Under the pieces are notes generated by a model. The model searched no databases, was not told the DNA's origin, and saw only the letters and a program-made list of their open reading frames with translations. A stretch of DNA of 63,289 nt, filler included, from Octopus bimaculoides (lineage: Eukaryota), in NCBI RefSeq assembly GCF_001194135.2. It is 4 parts of 4 records of this genome, joined end to end, with 100 filler letters (N's around TTAATTAATTAA, not from the genome) between each part and the next. Parts side by side here need not be neighbours in the genome. Positions count along the whole stretch, not along the records: positions 8,973 to 31,515 come from NC_068990.1; positions 31,616 to 58,019 come from NC_068992.1; 2 more parts are not named here. The stretch is one strand, 5' to 3'. This document shows, one piece after another, positions 25,201-36,273 of this stretch. The position numbers and the translations under genes are program-made. Position 1 is the stretch's first letter. Every line of letters begins with the position of its first letter.

Positions 25201-28045
25201 GTAACATAAATAGCTTCCCTTCTGTTGTCTCCGTTTAAGTAATTTTGTTAAATTTTTCTATTAAATACCTCTGTCTATTACTATTTCCACAGCATTTGCA
25301 GCTGGTGGGAGGGAGAGAGGAAGTTATCCTCTGACCAGAGATTTCTTCAGAGGCTTGCAATGTAGTGGATTCCATTAATATTATTCAAGTGCCAGATAAT
25401 GCTATTAAATATGGTGATAGATTAAGTTTCCTGACAAAGAAATTGAAGGCTAGAAACTTGTCACCAGTTAGCTTCCAAGCTAGGATTTGTTGTGAAGCAG
25501 ATTTTTAACCACACACACAAAACTCTACCCAATACTTCACTGTTGTTAAGTAAACTTATTAGCTCATTAGCTATACTTCACCTCATCTTGATACATTTTG
25601 CTCTTAATTTCTAACGTGATCTTTCTCACCCATATTTTATATCATCATCCAAAACTCAGTACAATTTAATGCCTTGAGTCATTCTTCACTAATACTCTGA
25701 AATTCTCTGAAACAAACTTGTACTCCTTTTGCTCGTTTCAATGCTCCACTCTTGATTATAACAATACTTCTAATAATGATAATAATAAAGATTCTTGGTT
25801 TGCACACAAAGCCAACAATTTTTAATGGACAACCTTACAATTTAACTGGTCCTTTATGACATTGACACCCACAAGGATGAGAAACAAAGTTAACTTTGGT
25901 TTCATTTGAAGTGATGTCCAAAAAGAACCATACTGTAAAGCATGTCTTTCAATTCTCTAATTAGTACCCATGTACTAATATCCATGTGCTTGAAAATAAA
26001 GATGAGAATGGTGATACAAGCCCCTTAAATCTAGCAGGATTTCTATTGGGGACCAGTTGAAGAAGCCTGCCTTTGAAGATCATCCTGAACACCAAGGATA
26101 AGTGTTCTCTCCAATTATTGTACTCTGGCCAAATTTTATGCACTCTGGTCCCCATCGCCTCTTGCCATAGCTACTAGACAGAGGAAAACTACCTTCTCTG
26201 ATGGTTAAAGGAGGTCATGGGGATATCTCCATGCTGGACTTAACTAACAGCCACATCCATCCCCATACAACAACAATGGATTTATATTACTCCATAAATC
26301 AGCAATACCTGGACATTGAATGAGTGCATGCAAAATGGTTTTGTTTTACAACATGAATTTCGAAGAGGCCTATCTTATGGTACTTATACGACTGTAGATT
26401 TTGTCATGGACTAATTGATCCCTTTCGTAGCTCTACCAAGCCAAGAACTTCAGAAAGTTGTTCATAGTATTCCCTGACAAAATGCCCTCCGAAACACAAC
26501 TTATCAATTTGTTGTTCATTGATACTCAGAACAGCCCTAAGAATGTCAGCACTCTATCTCTCCACTAAATCTCATTGGATTGTAAGAGTGGAACATCCAC
26601 CAATCCCATTGCCCAGATCAGATTTGATCCTGCATTCTATATCTTCTGAAATCCTGAGAATTGTGTTAGGTAATATAAAATACACTTTTTAAAGATGGTT
26701 GAGAATGACTTAGGGAGATATTGTTTATAGTTCTATCATGTTACATGTCCACATAAGGCCTTCCATAATGACTAGTAAATTTTGGATTCATTATTGTAAG
26801 CTAACAGATTTGACAAAGCTTATCTTCTGGTGTAATTTGTTGCATTATTCAACACCACCACCTGGCCATCTTGGTGATGGTGATGGAGACTATTTGATCC
26901 AATGTTAATATGCTGAGCATGAACCACTTTAATCTCACATGTGTAGAAGGGAAGGTGACCTGAGAATTTCATGGCTAAGTAGTTTCTTCCATGGATAGCA
27001 CATTAAAAAGTATAAATACCATCTCGTTGTAGTCAATTATGTATTCTTTTGTTTAGGTACATAGCTAAAAATAATTAGAGAAAGCATTGAGACTGTGTGA
27101 TATTCATCTTCTTCTCAAAGGCACTAGCTGTCTACGTAACGTGAACTGATTTAGACTGAGAATCAAACACTGATCATTGACTCATACCACTGAATCCAAA
27201 TTCATACTAAATGAACAACTATAGAAAAATACTGAGAGTCATTTCCTGCATGAAGAACAAACAGGAAAATGGCTACTTTTTGAATGAAGATATTATAATC
27301 AACTATAAATTTACTCTAATTCATCATTAAAATAGCCTGATAAAAAATTTGGAAGAGACTGTCTTATAAACATAATTGCTTTTCTCTTCCTGTCACTAAA
27401 AATTGAAGTTTGGTGAATTCAAATTTCTTTGCTTACTATATTAAGTTGTGAGCATCCATCATTTACTACCTATTCATATTTATTTACTAGATGAAGATGA
27501 AAGTCAAATCATTTTAGTTCTTCAAGGCAAAATATTACAAAACCAGTGGAGTGATACCTTGAGTAGCCATATTTAGTTACATCCTTTTACATTCTGGGCT
27601 CAAATCCCACTGGAATGTACTTCACTTCTCATTCTTCTGAGGTTGATTAAATAAGAAATGTTCAAGAACAGGGGTTGATTAATTTTTGTATATCCTCCCT
27701 GCAGGAAGTGTGGCCTTGTGTTTAAGTTAGGAACCATTATCATTAATATTCGTAACTTCAACAATGATTATAATTATTCTTGATAATAAGGGTGTTGGAT
27801 TGACAGAATCATTCAACCGACAGACAAAATATGTTGTGGCATTTGTTCTAGCAATTTTATTTTTGAGTCCAAATCTTGTTGATTCTAACTTTGCCCTTCC
27901 TATGGCAATAAAATAAGCTATCGGTCAAGCATAGAGGCTAATTTAATTGGCCAGTTCTTACCTAAAAATTTGGCTTATTTTTTATGTTAGGAATTGCTGC
28001 TGTTGCTGTTGTATTTCATTGACCTAAATGTTACTTTACCTTTAG

Positions 28046-28285
28046 ATCCTCTGGTCCAGTTTGTGAAAATAAAAGATTCAGCTCTGGATGTACCTGGGAA
28101 AACCTTGTTGGATAAGAAAGATGTAACAGCAGATGAATGTGCAGAAAAATGTTTGTCTGGCAAAAGTTGTTTATCATTTGAAATAAATAAAGAAAATGGA
28201 AAATGTTACTTATCAAAGAAATCTGCAGCTACCGCCAAGAAATTAAAGGCAGACAAAGACAAAGATTACTACCAACGATTAAAGT
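28046..28285 (+). CDS. Exon A4: PAN/Apple type A module
   Basis: ctttag|AT CCT CTG...TTA AAG T|gtaatt; 240 nt, phase 1-1; ...ECAEKCLSGKSCLSFEINKENGKCYLS...DYYQRLK. Confidence 0.9.
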
Positions 28286-29438
28286 GTAATTATTCTTTGT
28301 ATTTTATTATTGGAATTCTCTTTTCCATTATTTCTGAAATTTGTGATTCCATTTGTACTTTCAAACCATATAGACCCCAATTTCTGTAAAGACATTGACA
28401 GGTTTACCTATAAGGCCAGATATACACACATTCTAGAAATAAGCAATATTAGAAAATATAAATACTGTTAAGACATTCTCACACAACTTTTATTTACCTT
28501 GAACAATTTGATGCATATTTTTAATTGTTTTTATATGTAAGAAAGGAAATTCTTGTTTTTCTTCAACCTGAGTAGTAGTAGTGGTGGTGGCATTAGCATT
28601 AACAGTAGCTTTTTCTTCATTTGACCAGGGCTGGCAAGCAAGAAGGCTGTACCAGACTCCAGTCTGTTTTGGCATGGTTTTTACAACTGGTTGTTTGTCC
28701 TTCCTAACGCCAACCACTCTGAGAGTGTAATAGATGCTTTCACATGCCACTGGCATGGGTGCCAATTTCGTGACACCAGTGTCTTCCACAACTACAGTTT
28801 TACTTGGCTTGAGGGTCTTCTTCTCAAGCACTGCATAATGCTAAATGGAGTTGGTTATTGCCTCTATGAGGCCCCATGCTTGAAGCCCACCATAATGCCA
28901 AATGGTCTCAGTCCTTGCCTCCAAGATATTTATGCACATATACACATGCAGACTCCCAGGCACAAATCTAGTCATACATATTGGTACTGATATAGAGATA
29001 TACAGATATGCACATAGAACTATATATACATACATACTGTTACTTATTCTATCAGACTCTTCAGCTGAACCGCTAAGTTACAGGGACATAAATACACCAA
29101 CATCAGTGGTGGGGGACAAACACAGACACCAAGACACACACATAAACATATACATATATATACAAAAGGCTCCTTTCAGTTTCTGTCTACCAAATCCACT
29201 CACAAGGCTTTGGTCAGCCTGAGGCTAAAGTAGATGACATTTGCCCAAGGTGCCATGCAGAGGGACTGAACCCGGAATCATGTGGTTGGAAAGTAAGCTT
29301 CTTACCACACAGCCTATACAATCATGCATCACATGCTTTTCAATATTTAATACATGTGTGTGATGCATGTGATGTGTGTTTGTGATTGGTTGATAAATGA
29401 CTAGGAAATATATCTCTTGTGTTTTTCTTCCTTTCCAG

Positions 29439-29672
29439 TTGATGACAAGCCTCTTGTGATGAAAAAAGTTAGCGTACCAAGAAATGCTACTGTAGAAGAG
29501 CTTGAGGATGTGAACTTAAAGGAGTGTAGTGAAGCTTGCAATCAATATCTAAGATGTAACTCTTATCAGTACAATGAGCATGATAAGATATGTGATCTGA
29601 GTAATGTGACTCAGTTGAGTGATGAACTTAAACCCAACAATGGAAGCTGGGACATATACATAGTTAACCCAG
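29439..29672 (+). CDS. Exon B3: PAN/Apple type B module
   Basis: ttccag|TT GAT GAC...AAC CCA G|gttagt; 234 nt, phase 1-1; ...LKECSEACNQYLRCNSYQYNEHDKICDLSNVTQLSDELKPNNGSWDIYIVNP. Confidence 0.9.
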
Positions 29673-29949
29673 GTTAGTAGAATGTTTCCACCTCATTTAT
29701 TGTGTGCATGTCTGTGTATTCATAAATAAATACATGTGTATATTCAGAAAACAGATGTTTAAAGGAGGAGGAGGAGGATGATGATATATGATAATCATCA
29801 TTATCATCATCATTAATCCAGGTCAGTAGAATTTTCCATATTATTTATTGTGTGCATATCTGTGTGTATTTATATATACATATATGTGTGTGTATACGGA
29901 AAACAGACATTAAAGGATGATGATGATGATGGATTATATGTATACACAC

Positions 29950-30290
29950 ACACATACACAAAGTGCTATAAAAAGATTCCTGGACTGGTTATGATTAATA
30001 ATAAATAACTTATTTTCCTAAAGTTTATCATCTTTGAAATAGTCACCTTGCACAGCAATACACCGGCCACTTTTTGAATCTGACCTGGAAGTTATTTTCT
30101 GTAAGTGAGTCAAGGACCTCCTGTGATTCACTTTGGATCTTGACAATGGTATTAAAACAGCAACCTTTGAGCTACATTTTAATCTTTGGGAAGAGATAAA
30201 AGTCTGCAGGTACTAAATCCGGTGAATAGGATGGAAGTGGAAATGATACCATTTTGTTTTTATTTTGGTGAGAAACTCATGCCTGACGAG
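29950..30290 (-). mobile_element. Mariner transposase 3' fragment
   Basis: Minus strand reads PSYSPDLVPADFYLFPKIKM*LKGCCFNTIVKIQSESQEVLDSLTENNFQ; same family as 46866-47640. Confidence 0.8.
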
Positions 30291-30935
30291 AACTCAGTGA
30301 AGAATCCAAGAAGTCACAGGCATAATATAGGAGTTTGAACTAAATCAAGCTCTGGCCAAAGTAACAAAATTATGTCTCTTTCTGATCATACCTGTCACAT
30401 CTGCCTCCTCTGAGAAACCACTTTCTTCATTAAAGCAAGAAGATAATTATATGATATGTTCTCAAAGTGAAGAGAGATTCAGTAAATTGGTCTTCATTTC
30501 CATGGTTAAAGGAACTTCTGAAGATGAAAGTAGAGTGTGGTGCTGATTTTATACCAAAGTGACCAATAAATTTGCTAATAAGAAATAAAGATCTGAACTG
30601 ATTTACGAATAAATTTTAAATAGCTCGTTATTTTTAGGTTCTCTTATTTTCTCAGATTTCTCTTATAACTAGTAACAGTCATCATGGCAATCCTTTCACC
30701 AAGGTATCGTTAATGGGGGAACATCAAATCTAGTGGAGAGGATATCAAGCTTGAAGTGTAACCTGTTAGTAGGAGAGCATTTTCACACATTAAATTAGTG
30801 TGTGCATGTGCATGCAAATGATTCAGTTTTCTTTAGTCAATAACTTTTACTCCAAATTTGTTACTATCTCCTCATTCTCCTTTTTCCTCCTGTCATAAAC
30901 TCAAAATTGATATGAATTTCTCTCATCACTTCCAG

Positions 30936-31103
30936 TTCACACAAAAATTAAGTGTGGAGCACCAAAAGATGTTGTTGGTGCTACTAAATTCTACAGTACT
31001 ACTACCTATAAATCTGAAGTGATCTATACTTGCCAAGATGGAGAAGAATTAAAGGCAACATGTAAAGAGAATAAGAAATGGGCTCCAGAAGTGTCTTGTA
31101 AAG
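30936..31103 (+). CDS. Exon S5: Sushi/CCP-like module (absent from the ORF track)
   Basis: ttccag|TT CAC ACA...TGT AAA G|gtaatg; 168 nt (one codon shorter), phase 1-1; HTKIKCGAPKDVVGATKFYSTTTYKSEVIYTCQDGEELKATCKENKKWAPEVSCK. Confidence 0.9.
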
Positions 31104-31632
31104 GTAATGTAAATAAGTTCTCTCTTTTTGACTCTGTCTTTGTAATTTTGTTTTAGTTTTGTGTTCAAAGTTTATGTCAGAGGACGTCTGATTGTGTCCA
31201 TGAAATTTCCATTGTTTGTGACTGGTAGAAGGGTCAAAGGTAGTTATCTTCAGACCAAAGACCTTCCTAAATGCTTGCAACACAGTGGGCTTCAATAAAC
31301 ATATCAAAATGCCAGGTAACAATATTAATTTGGTTGATGGATTAAGTTTGCCAAACAAGAGCAGTATATGAGGAAGTGTGTTCTCTCCAGCAGGTTTCTG
31401 CATAGTTCCCTTCCACCAAATTTCATTCAGAAGCTTTACTCATGAAACAGATTTTTAACCATGCATCCACGAGTCCAGACAATACCACATTCTTGTTAAG
31501 TAAACTTGTTACCCCNNNNNNNNNNNNNNNNNNNNNNNNNNNNNNNNNNNNNNNNNNNNTTAATTAATTAANNNNNNNNNNNNNNNNNNNNNNNNNNNNN
31601 NNNNNNNNNNNNNNNACCTCGTTCAGAGATTT

Positions 31633-31672
<40 letters not shown>

Positions 31673-31899
31673 GAGATATATTTAAGAATTTACAAAAAAT
31701 TGTAGAGGAATAACTGACCTGTCTTTCTGGCATTTTGTTTTGTGTGTAGCTAAGAAATGTTTGCTATTTTAAGGGACAGTGTGGGAGGTTGGTTGGGGGT
31801 GAGGGAAGGAAGAGCAATATGAAATCAAGAGGATTTTTTTGTTTCTGGGCTAGTCTATCATGGTTCAGTGGTTTTTGGGACTGGTCTTAGAGGTCAGAA

Positions 31900-33030
31900 T
31901 GGTGTGAGTGTGTGTGTCTCTCTGTGCATGTCTCTATGTGTGTGTGTACATACACATATGCTTGTGTTTTATATTTGGTAGGATGGTGTGTGTATATGTG
32001 TGTACGTTTGTGTGTGATTAGAACTTGTCAGGGTGTTGTGTGTGTGAATGTGTTTGCTTGTATGTGTGCATCTGTGTGTGTGTATGTTTGTGTGTTTTGT
32101 GTTGATGGGGATGTTATGTGTGTACGTGAGTGTGTGTGTATGTGAGTGTCTATGTATGTGAGTGTGTGTGTGTGTCTGTCTGTGTATGTTTGTGTTGTTA
32201 TAATTCTCCTGGTGGTGGTGTGTGTGTGTGTGAGGATGCATGTGTATGTGAGTATGTATGCGTGTGGGTGTGTATGCGTGTGGGTGTGTATGGTGTGGGT
32301 GTGTGTGTTGTATTTATCAGGGGTTCTGTGTGTTGGGTTTATCTGGGTGGTGTGTGCGTGTACGTTCTGTGCATGTTGGTACTGAGCATGTGTTTGTGCG
32401 TGTGTATATATGTGGGTATGGTTTATGTAATTTTCTGGGTGTGTTAGTGCACATGTGTGTGTGTGTGTGTGCTTTATTTGTGTGTGATTTGATTTGTTTT
32501 GTTTGTATTGTTAGTGCAGTGTGTGTGTGTATACATGTAGGTGTGTTTGTGTGAGTATGTCTATGTGTCTTGTATTTGTCGGGCAGGTGTGTGTCATTGT
32601 GTATGTGCATGCTTGTGTGTATGTGTTTTTTTTTTTGAGTGTGTGATTTTTTTGGTGCTTGTGTTTGTGTGTGTACATGTGTGCATGTATATGTGTGTGT
32701 GGGTTGTGCTGTATTTGCATGTTTGTGTGTGTATATCTGTGTATATGTGGGTGTGTGAATGTGATTTGTGATTGTCAGGTAGGTGTGTGCATGTGCGTAT
32801 TTACATATGTGTGTATGTGTGTTTGTGTGTTGGTTATGGTTGCTAGAATCGTATTGCAAGTGTATATATGAGTTTTTTCTTGGAATGTGTGTGGGTTTGT
32901 GCCCTAGTGTGGTGATATTGTGTTTGTGTGTGTGTGTTTGCATGGGAGATTTGCATTGTATTTGTGTGTGTGCGATTTTGTACATCTGTATGTGTTTCTG
33001 TGTTTGTTGTGGGTGTGTACCTAGGGTGAG
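31900..33030. repeat. Long degenerate GT-rich low-complexity tract abutting the 3' end of the Penelope-like ORF
   Basis: About 1.1 kb of scrambled (GT)n; source of the many V/C- and H/T-rich ORFs. Confidence 0.9.
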
Positions 33031-33035
33031 GTATG

Positions 33036-34160
33036 TTAGAGTATGTTGAGTTGTGGTCTGTATTTTTGAATAAGATTATTTTCCCTATTTATTCGTGTTT
33101 GGTCAGTGGTGTTGTCTGGGCATTGGTCTAGTGGGGAAACTAGGAATTTGGGGGACTTGTTTTGTGCACAGAGATCTAAGCGACCACTAAGTGGTATCTG
33201 TCTTGTGGTGGGATCTCTCAATTGTTGGTGGTGGACTATCATCGTTTCTCTGAGGGTAAGGCTCGTTTGCCCTATGTAATCTTTGTGGCACCCTTTACAT
33301 CTTATGGCATAAAGTAAATTCTTTGATGCACAGGTGAAGTATTTTTTTACGACAAAAGTGTGTCCCGACTGGAATTTGTATATTGTTCCTTCAATGAGGT
33401 GGATGCAAGTCCTGCAGTTGGAACGACCACATTTTTTGACAGTGAGTGGTGGACTTGTGTTGGGTAATTTTGCATTGATGAGTAGGTCTTTTAGGCATTT
33501 GCGTTGTCTTTTGCTTTTTATTATTTTATGGGTTTCGCATGCTTTTTTTAGATGTGGGTCTTGATTCAGTAGTGGGATGTTCTTGTATATAATTGTGTAA
33601 GCTTCTGCATTTCTTGGATTGGGTTTTGAGAGATATGGGAGACTATTTAATGTACCGTGAGTACATTTCGGTTTTTGTAAGTCTTGGGTAGCGATTGTCT
33701 TGGCCCGTTCTATTCCATTGTCAACTAATGATGCTGGGTAATGTCTTTCGAGAAGAATTACCTTTAGTTCTTGGAGTCTTATATTTCGTGTTCTATAATT
33801 TGAGACAATTGTACAGATTCTTCTCGCTAGGTTGAAGGGGATGTTTGTCTTTGTGTGCTTTGGGTGATTGGAGGTGAACAGAAGGTATTGTTTGGAATCA
33901 GTTGGTTTATAGTGGATATCAGTTCAATGTTGGTGCCTTTTTTTATAATAAGAATGTCAAGAATAGGAAGTTGGTCTTGACTATATTCCATTGTAAATTG
34001 GATATGGTTGTTGACACTGTTGATTAGGTTTTTGAAATAATTGAAATTGGTCGAGTGTGTGGGACCATAGGATGAGGCAATCATCCAAGTAGCGTTTCCA
34101 ATTCTCTAAGAGGTATTTGTGGAAAGACAGGCCATATTTTGATTTGGGTTCTTCATAAAT
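33036..34160 (-). mobile_element. Penelope-like retroelement, 5'-truncated (RT C-terminus plus GIY-YIG endonuclease)
   Basis: Minus strand: WKRYLDDCLILW (RT YxDD), [frameshift] NLINSVNNHIQFTME..LPILD, [frameshift near 33925] TDIHYKPTDSKQYLLFTSNHPKHTK..., then an open frame through KKCGRSNCRTC...TCASKNLLYAIRCKGCHKDYIGQT...RINRENNLIQKYRPQLNIL* ending at 33036. Confidence 0.92.
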
Positions 34161-34185
34161 TTGTAATTTAAAAAAATTTTATGTT

Positions 34186-34720
34186 TCAGCTACTTAGACT
34201 ATTGCTTCCAACCACACAATAAAAAAAATCCATGCTGGAACACGAAGCGATCCAATGAAGCTATACTAAGAAAACTGTCTCAATACAACATATCAGCTAC
34301 TGGAAAAGACTTAAAGAATTAAAACTCTTCTTCCTAGAACAAAGGGGGGGGGGGAGAGATATGCAGTGATATACATCTTGAAAATCTTAGAAAGCCTTGT
34401 ACCAAACTTTAGCATTGAAAGTTACTTAAACTGCAGAACGGGGCACCACTGCATAGTGCCAAAGATCCCAGCATCACCATCAAAATACAGGTCCAGATAC
34501 TGCAACAGCTTGGGCTTCAAGGGCCCACAGCTCTTTAATATCCTTCCAAAATACCTGAGAGACCTGCATGGTGTGGGTATAAGTGTCTTTAAACAAAACT
34601 GGATCTGTTCCTGATACGGGTTCCAGTCAAGCCTACCTCCCGGCAGGAAACATGGATGAGGGCAGCAGCATCAAATTCCCTCACTGACCAAATGCCACAT
34701 ATCAAAGGAGGTTCCAAATA
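34186..34720 (+). mobile_element. CR1-like LINE 3' fragment
   Basis: MIYILKILESLVPNF...[27 protein letters not shown]; same family as the 3' end of 54888-58019. Confidence 0.8.
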
Positions 34721-35034
34721 ATGGTGTAGCTCAGTCAGCGGTGGTGCTCCAGCATGACTGCAGCATTGCAGCTGAAACGTTTTAAAATAACTTAAAATAG
34801 TTTATACATATATATATGTCCCCCACCAACATCGCTTGACATCCGATACTGGTGTGTTTACATCATGTAATATAGTGGTTCAGCAAAAAGAGACCGATAG
34901 AATAAGTACTACGCTTACAAAGAATAAGTCCTGGGGTCGATTTGCTCGACTAAAAGGTGGTGCTCCAGCATGGCTGCAGTCAAATGACTGAAACAAGTAA
35001 AAGAATAAAATAGCCACATTCCAGTGAGAAAAAC

Positions 35035-35438
35035 TAGAAGTAGTTGATAGCTTCCATTACCTAGGTGACCAAGTCAGTAGCGGGGGAGGGTGCGCTGAAA
35101 GTGTAGCTGCTAGAATAAGAATAGTCTGGGCAAAGTTCAGAGAGCACTTACCTCTACTGGTGTCAAAGGGCCTCTCGCTCAGAGTAAAAGGCAGACTGTA
35201 TGACGCATGTGTATGAACAGCCATGCTACGTGACAGTGAAACATGGGCCATGACTGCTGAGGACATGTGTAAGCTCACAAAAAATGAAGCCAGTATGCTC
35301 CAATAGATGTGTAATGTCAGCTTGCATACTCGACAGAGTGTAAGTACCTTGAGAGAAAAGTTGGACCTAAGAAGCATCAGTTGTGGTGTGCAAGAGAGAC
35401 GATTGCACTGGTATGGTCATGTGGCGAGAATGGATGAG
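35035..35438 (+). mobile_element. RTE-clade LINE fragment
   Basis: EVVDSFHYLGDQVSSGGGCAESVAARIRIVWAKFRE...LYDACV*TAMLRDSETW...RRLHWYGHVARMDE, typical of the RTE post-RT region. Confidence 0.85.
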
Positions 35439-36273
35439 CATCTATATATACATCTACATGTATATATAGATGCTTATCCAGGTACAGGACGTCAGAAAAA
35501 TGAACGGGAACATAAAGCACAAAAACGGACTTTGTTTACAGACAACAGAACGAGCACATAGGAAAACAGACGAGCAACTTATGGAATTTTTCCTTCATCA
35601 GCTGCTTGTATTCTAAACTAGACGTTTCGAAGATGTGGCAGAATGCGCTCTTAGAATAGCTCTTCCTGAGAGTACCCTTTAATCATTGGGCAATAAATTG
35701 TGCTTGTGTAGACCTGTTGTGTCAAATGAAGTCATTGTTGTGGTTGATGCTAATGCGGCCTGACTGGTCCCATGCCAGTGGCACATAAGAAGCACCATTC
35801 GAGCGTGGTCGATGCCAGAGCCAGCTGACTGGTCCTGTGCCAGTGGAATGTAAAAAGCCCCATTTGAGTGTGGTCGTTGCTGGTGCTGCCTGACTGGCAC
35901 TCGTGCTGGTAGCACATAAAAAGCACCATTCAAGCGTGGCCAATGCCAGTACCGCCTGACTGGCCCTTGTGCCAGTGACACATAAAAAGCGCTCACTACA
36001 TTCTCAGAGTGGTTGATGTTAAGAAGGGCATCCAGCTGTAGAAACTTTGCTAGTGCAGCCTTCTGGCTTGCCTGCCCGCAGTCAAACCGTAGCTCATGCC
36101 AGTATGGAAAGCGGATGTTAAACGATGACGCTGATGATGATTATATATATTTAAATATAATATATGCCGCACAGCTGACTGAGAAATAGTGGTATCAACA
36201 GAAGGGTTTTCAATCTAAAGTACTTATAGTGCAACTTTATTCTTTTCAAATGTAACCTAATTTTATAGGCTAA

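Noticed and set aside
31002-31403. 133-aa minus-strand ORF
   Set aside because: It is antisense to Sushi exon S5 and its intron, with no recognisable features; similar antisense shadows occur at 11369-11731, 16165-16402 and 28031-28216.
31912-33049. Many long overlapping ORFs rich in Cys/Val or His/Thr, up to 222 aa
   Set aside because: Translations of a degenerate (GT)n tract with no domain pattern or splice structure. The same applies to ORFs at 8609-8928, 41175-41595, 48166-49017, 54606-54989 and 58979-59997.
35750-35990. About four ~60-bp repeated units resembling a CRISPR array
   Set aside because: Units are directly adjacent with no unique spacers, lie inside a dispersed eukaryotic repeat, and there are no cas genes.
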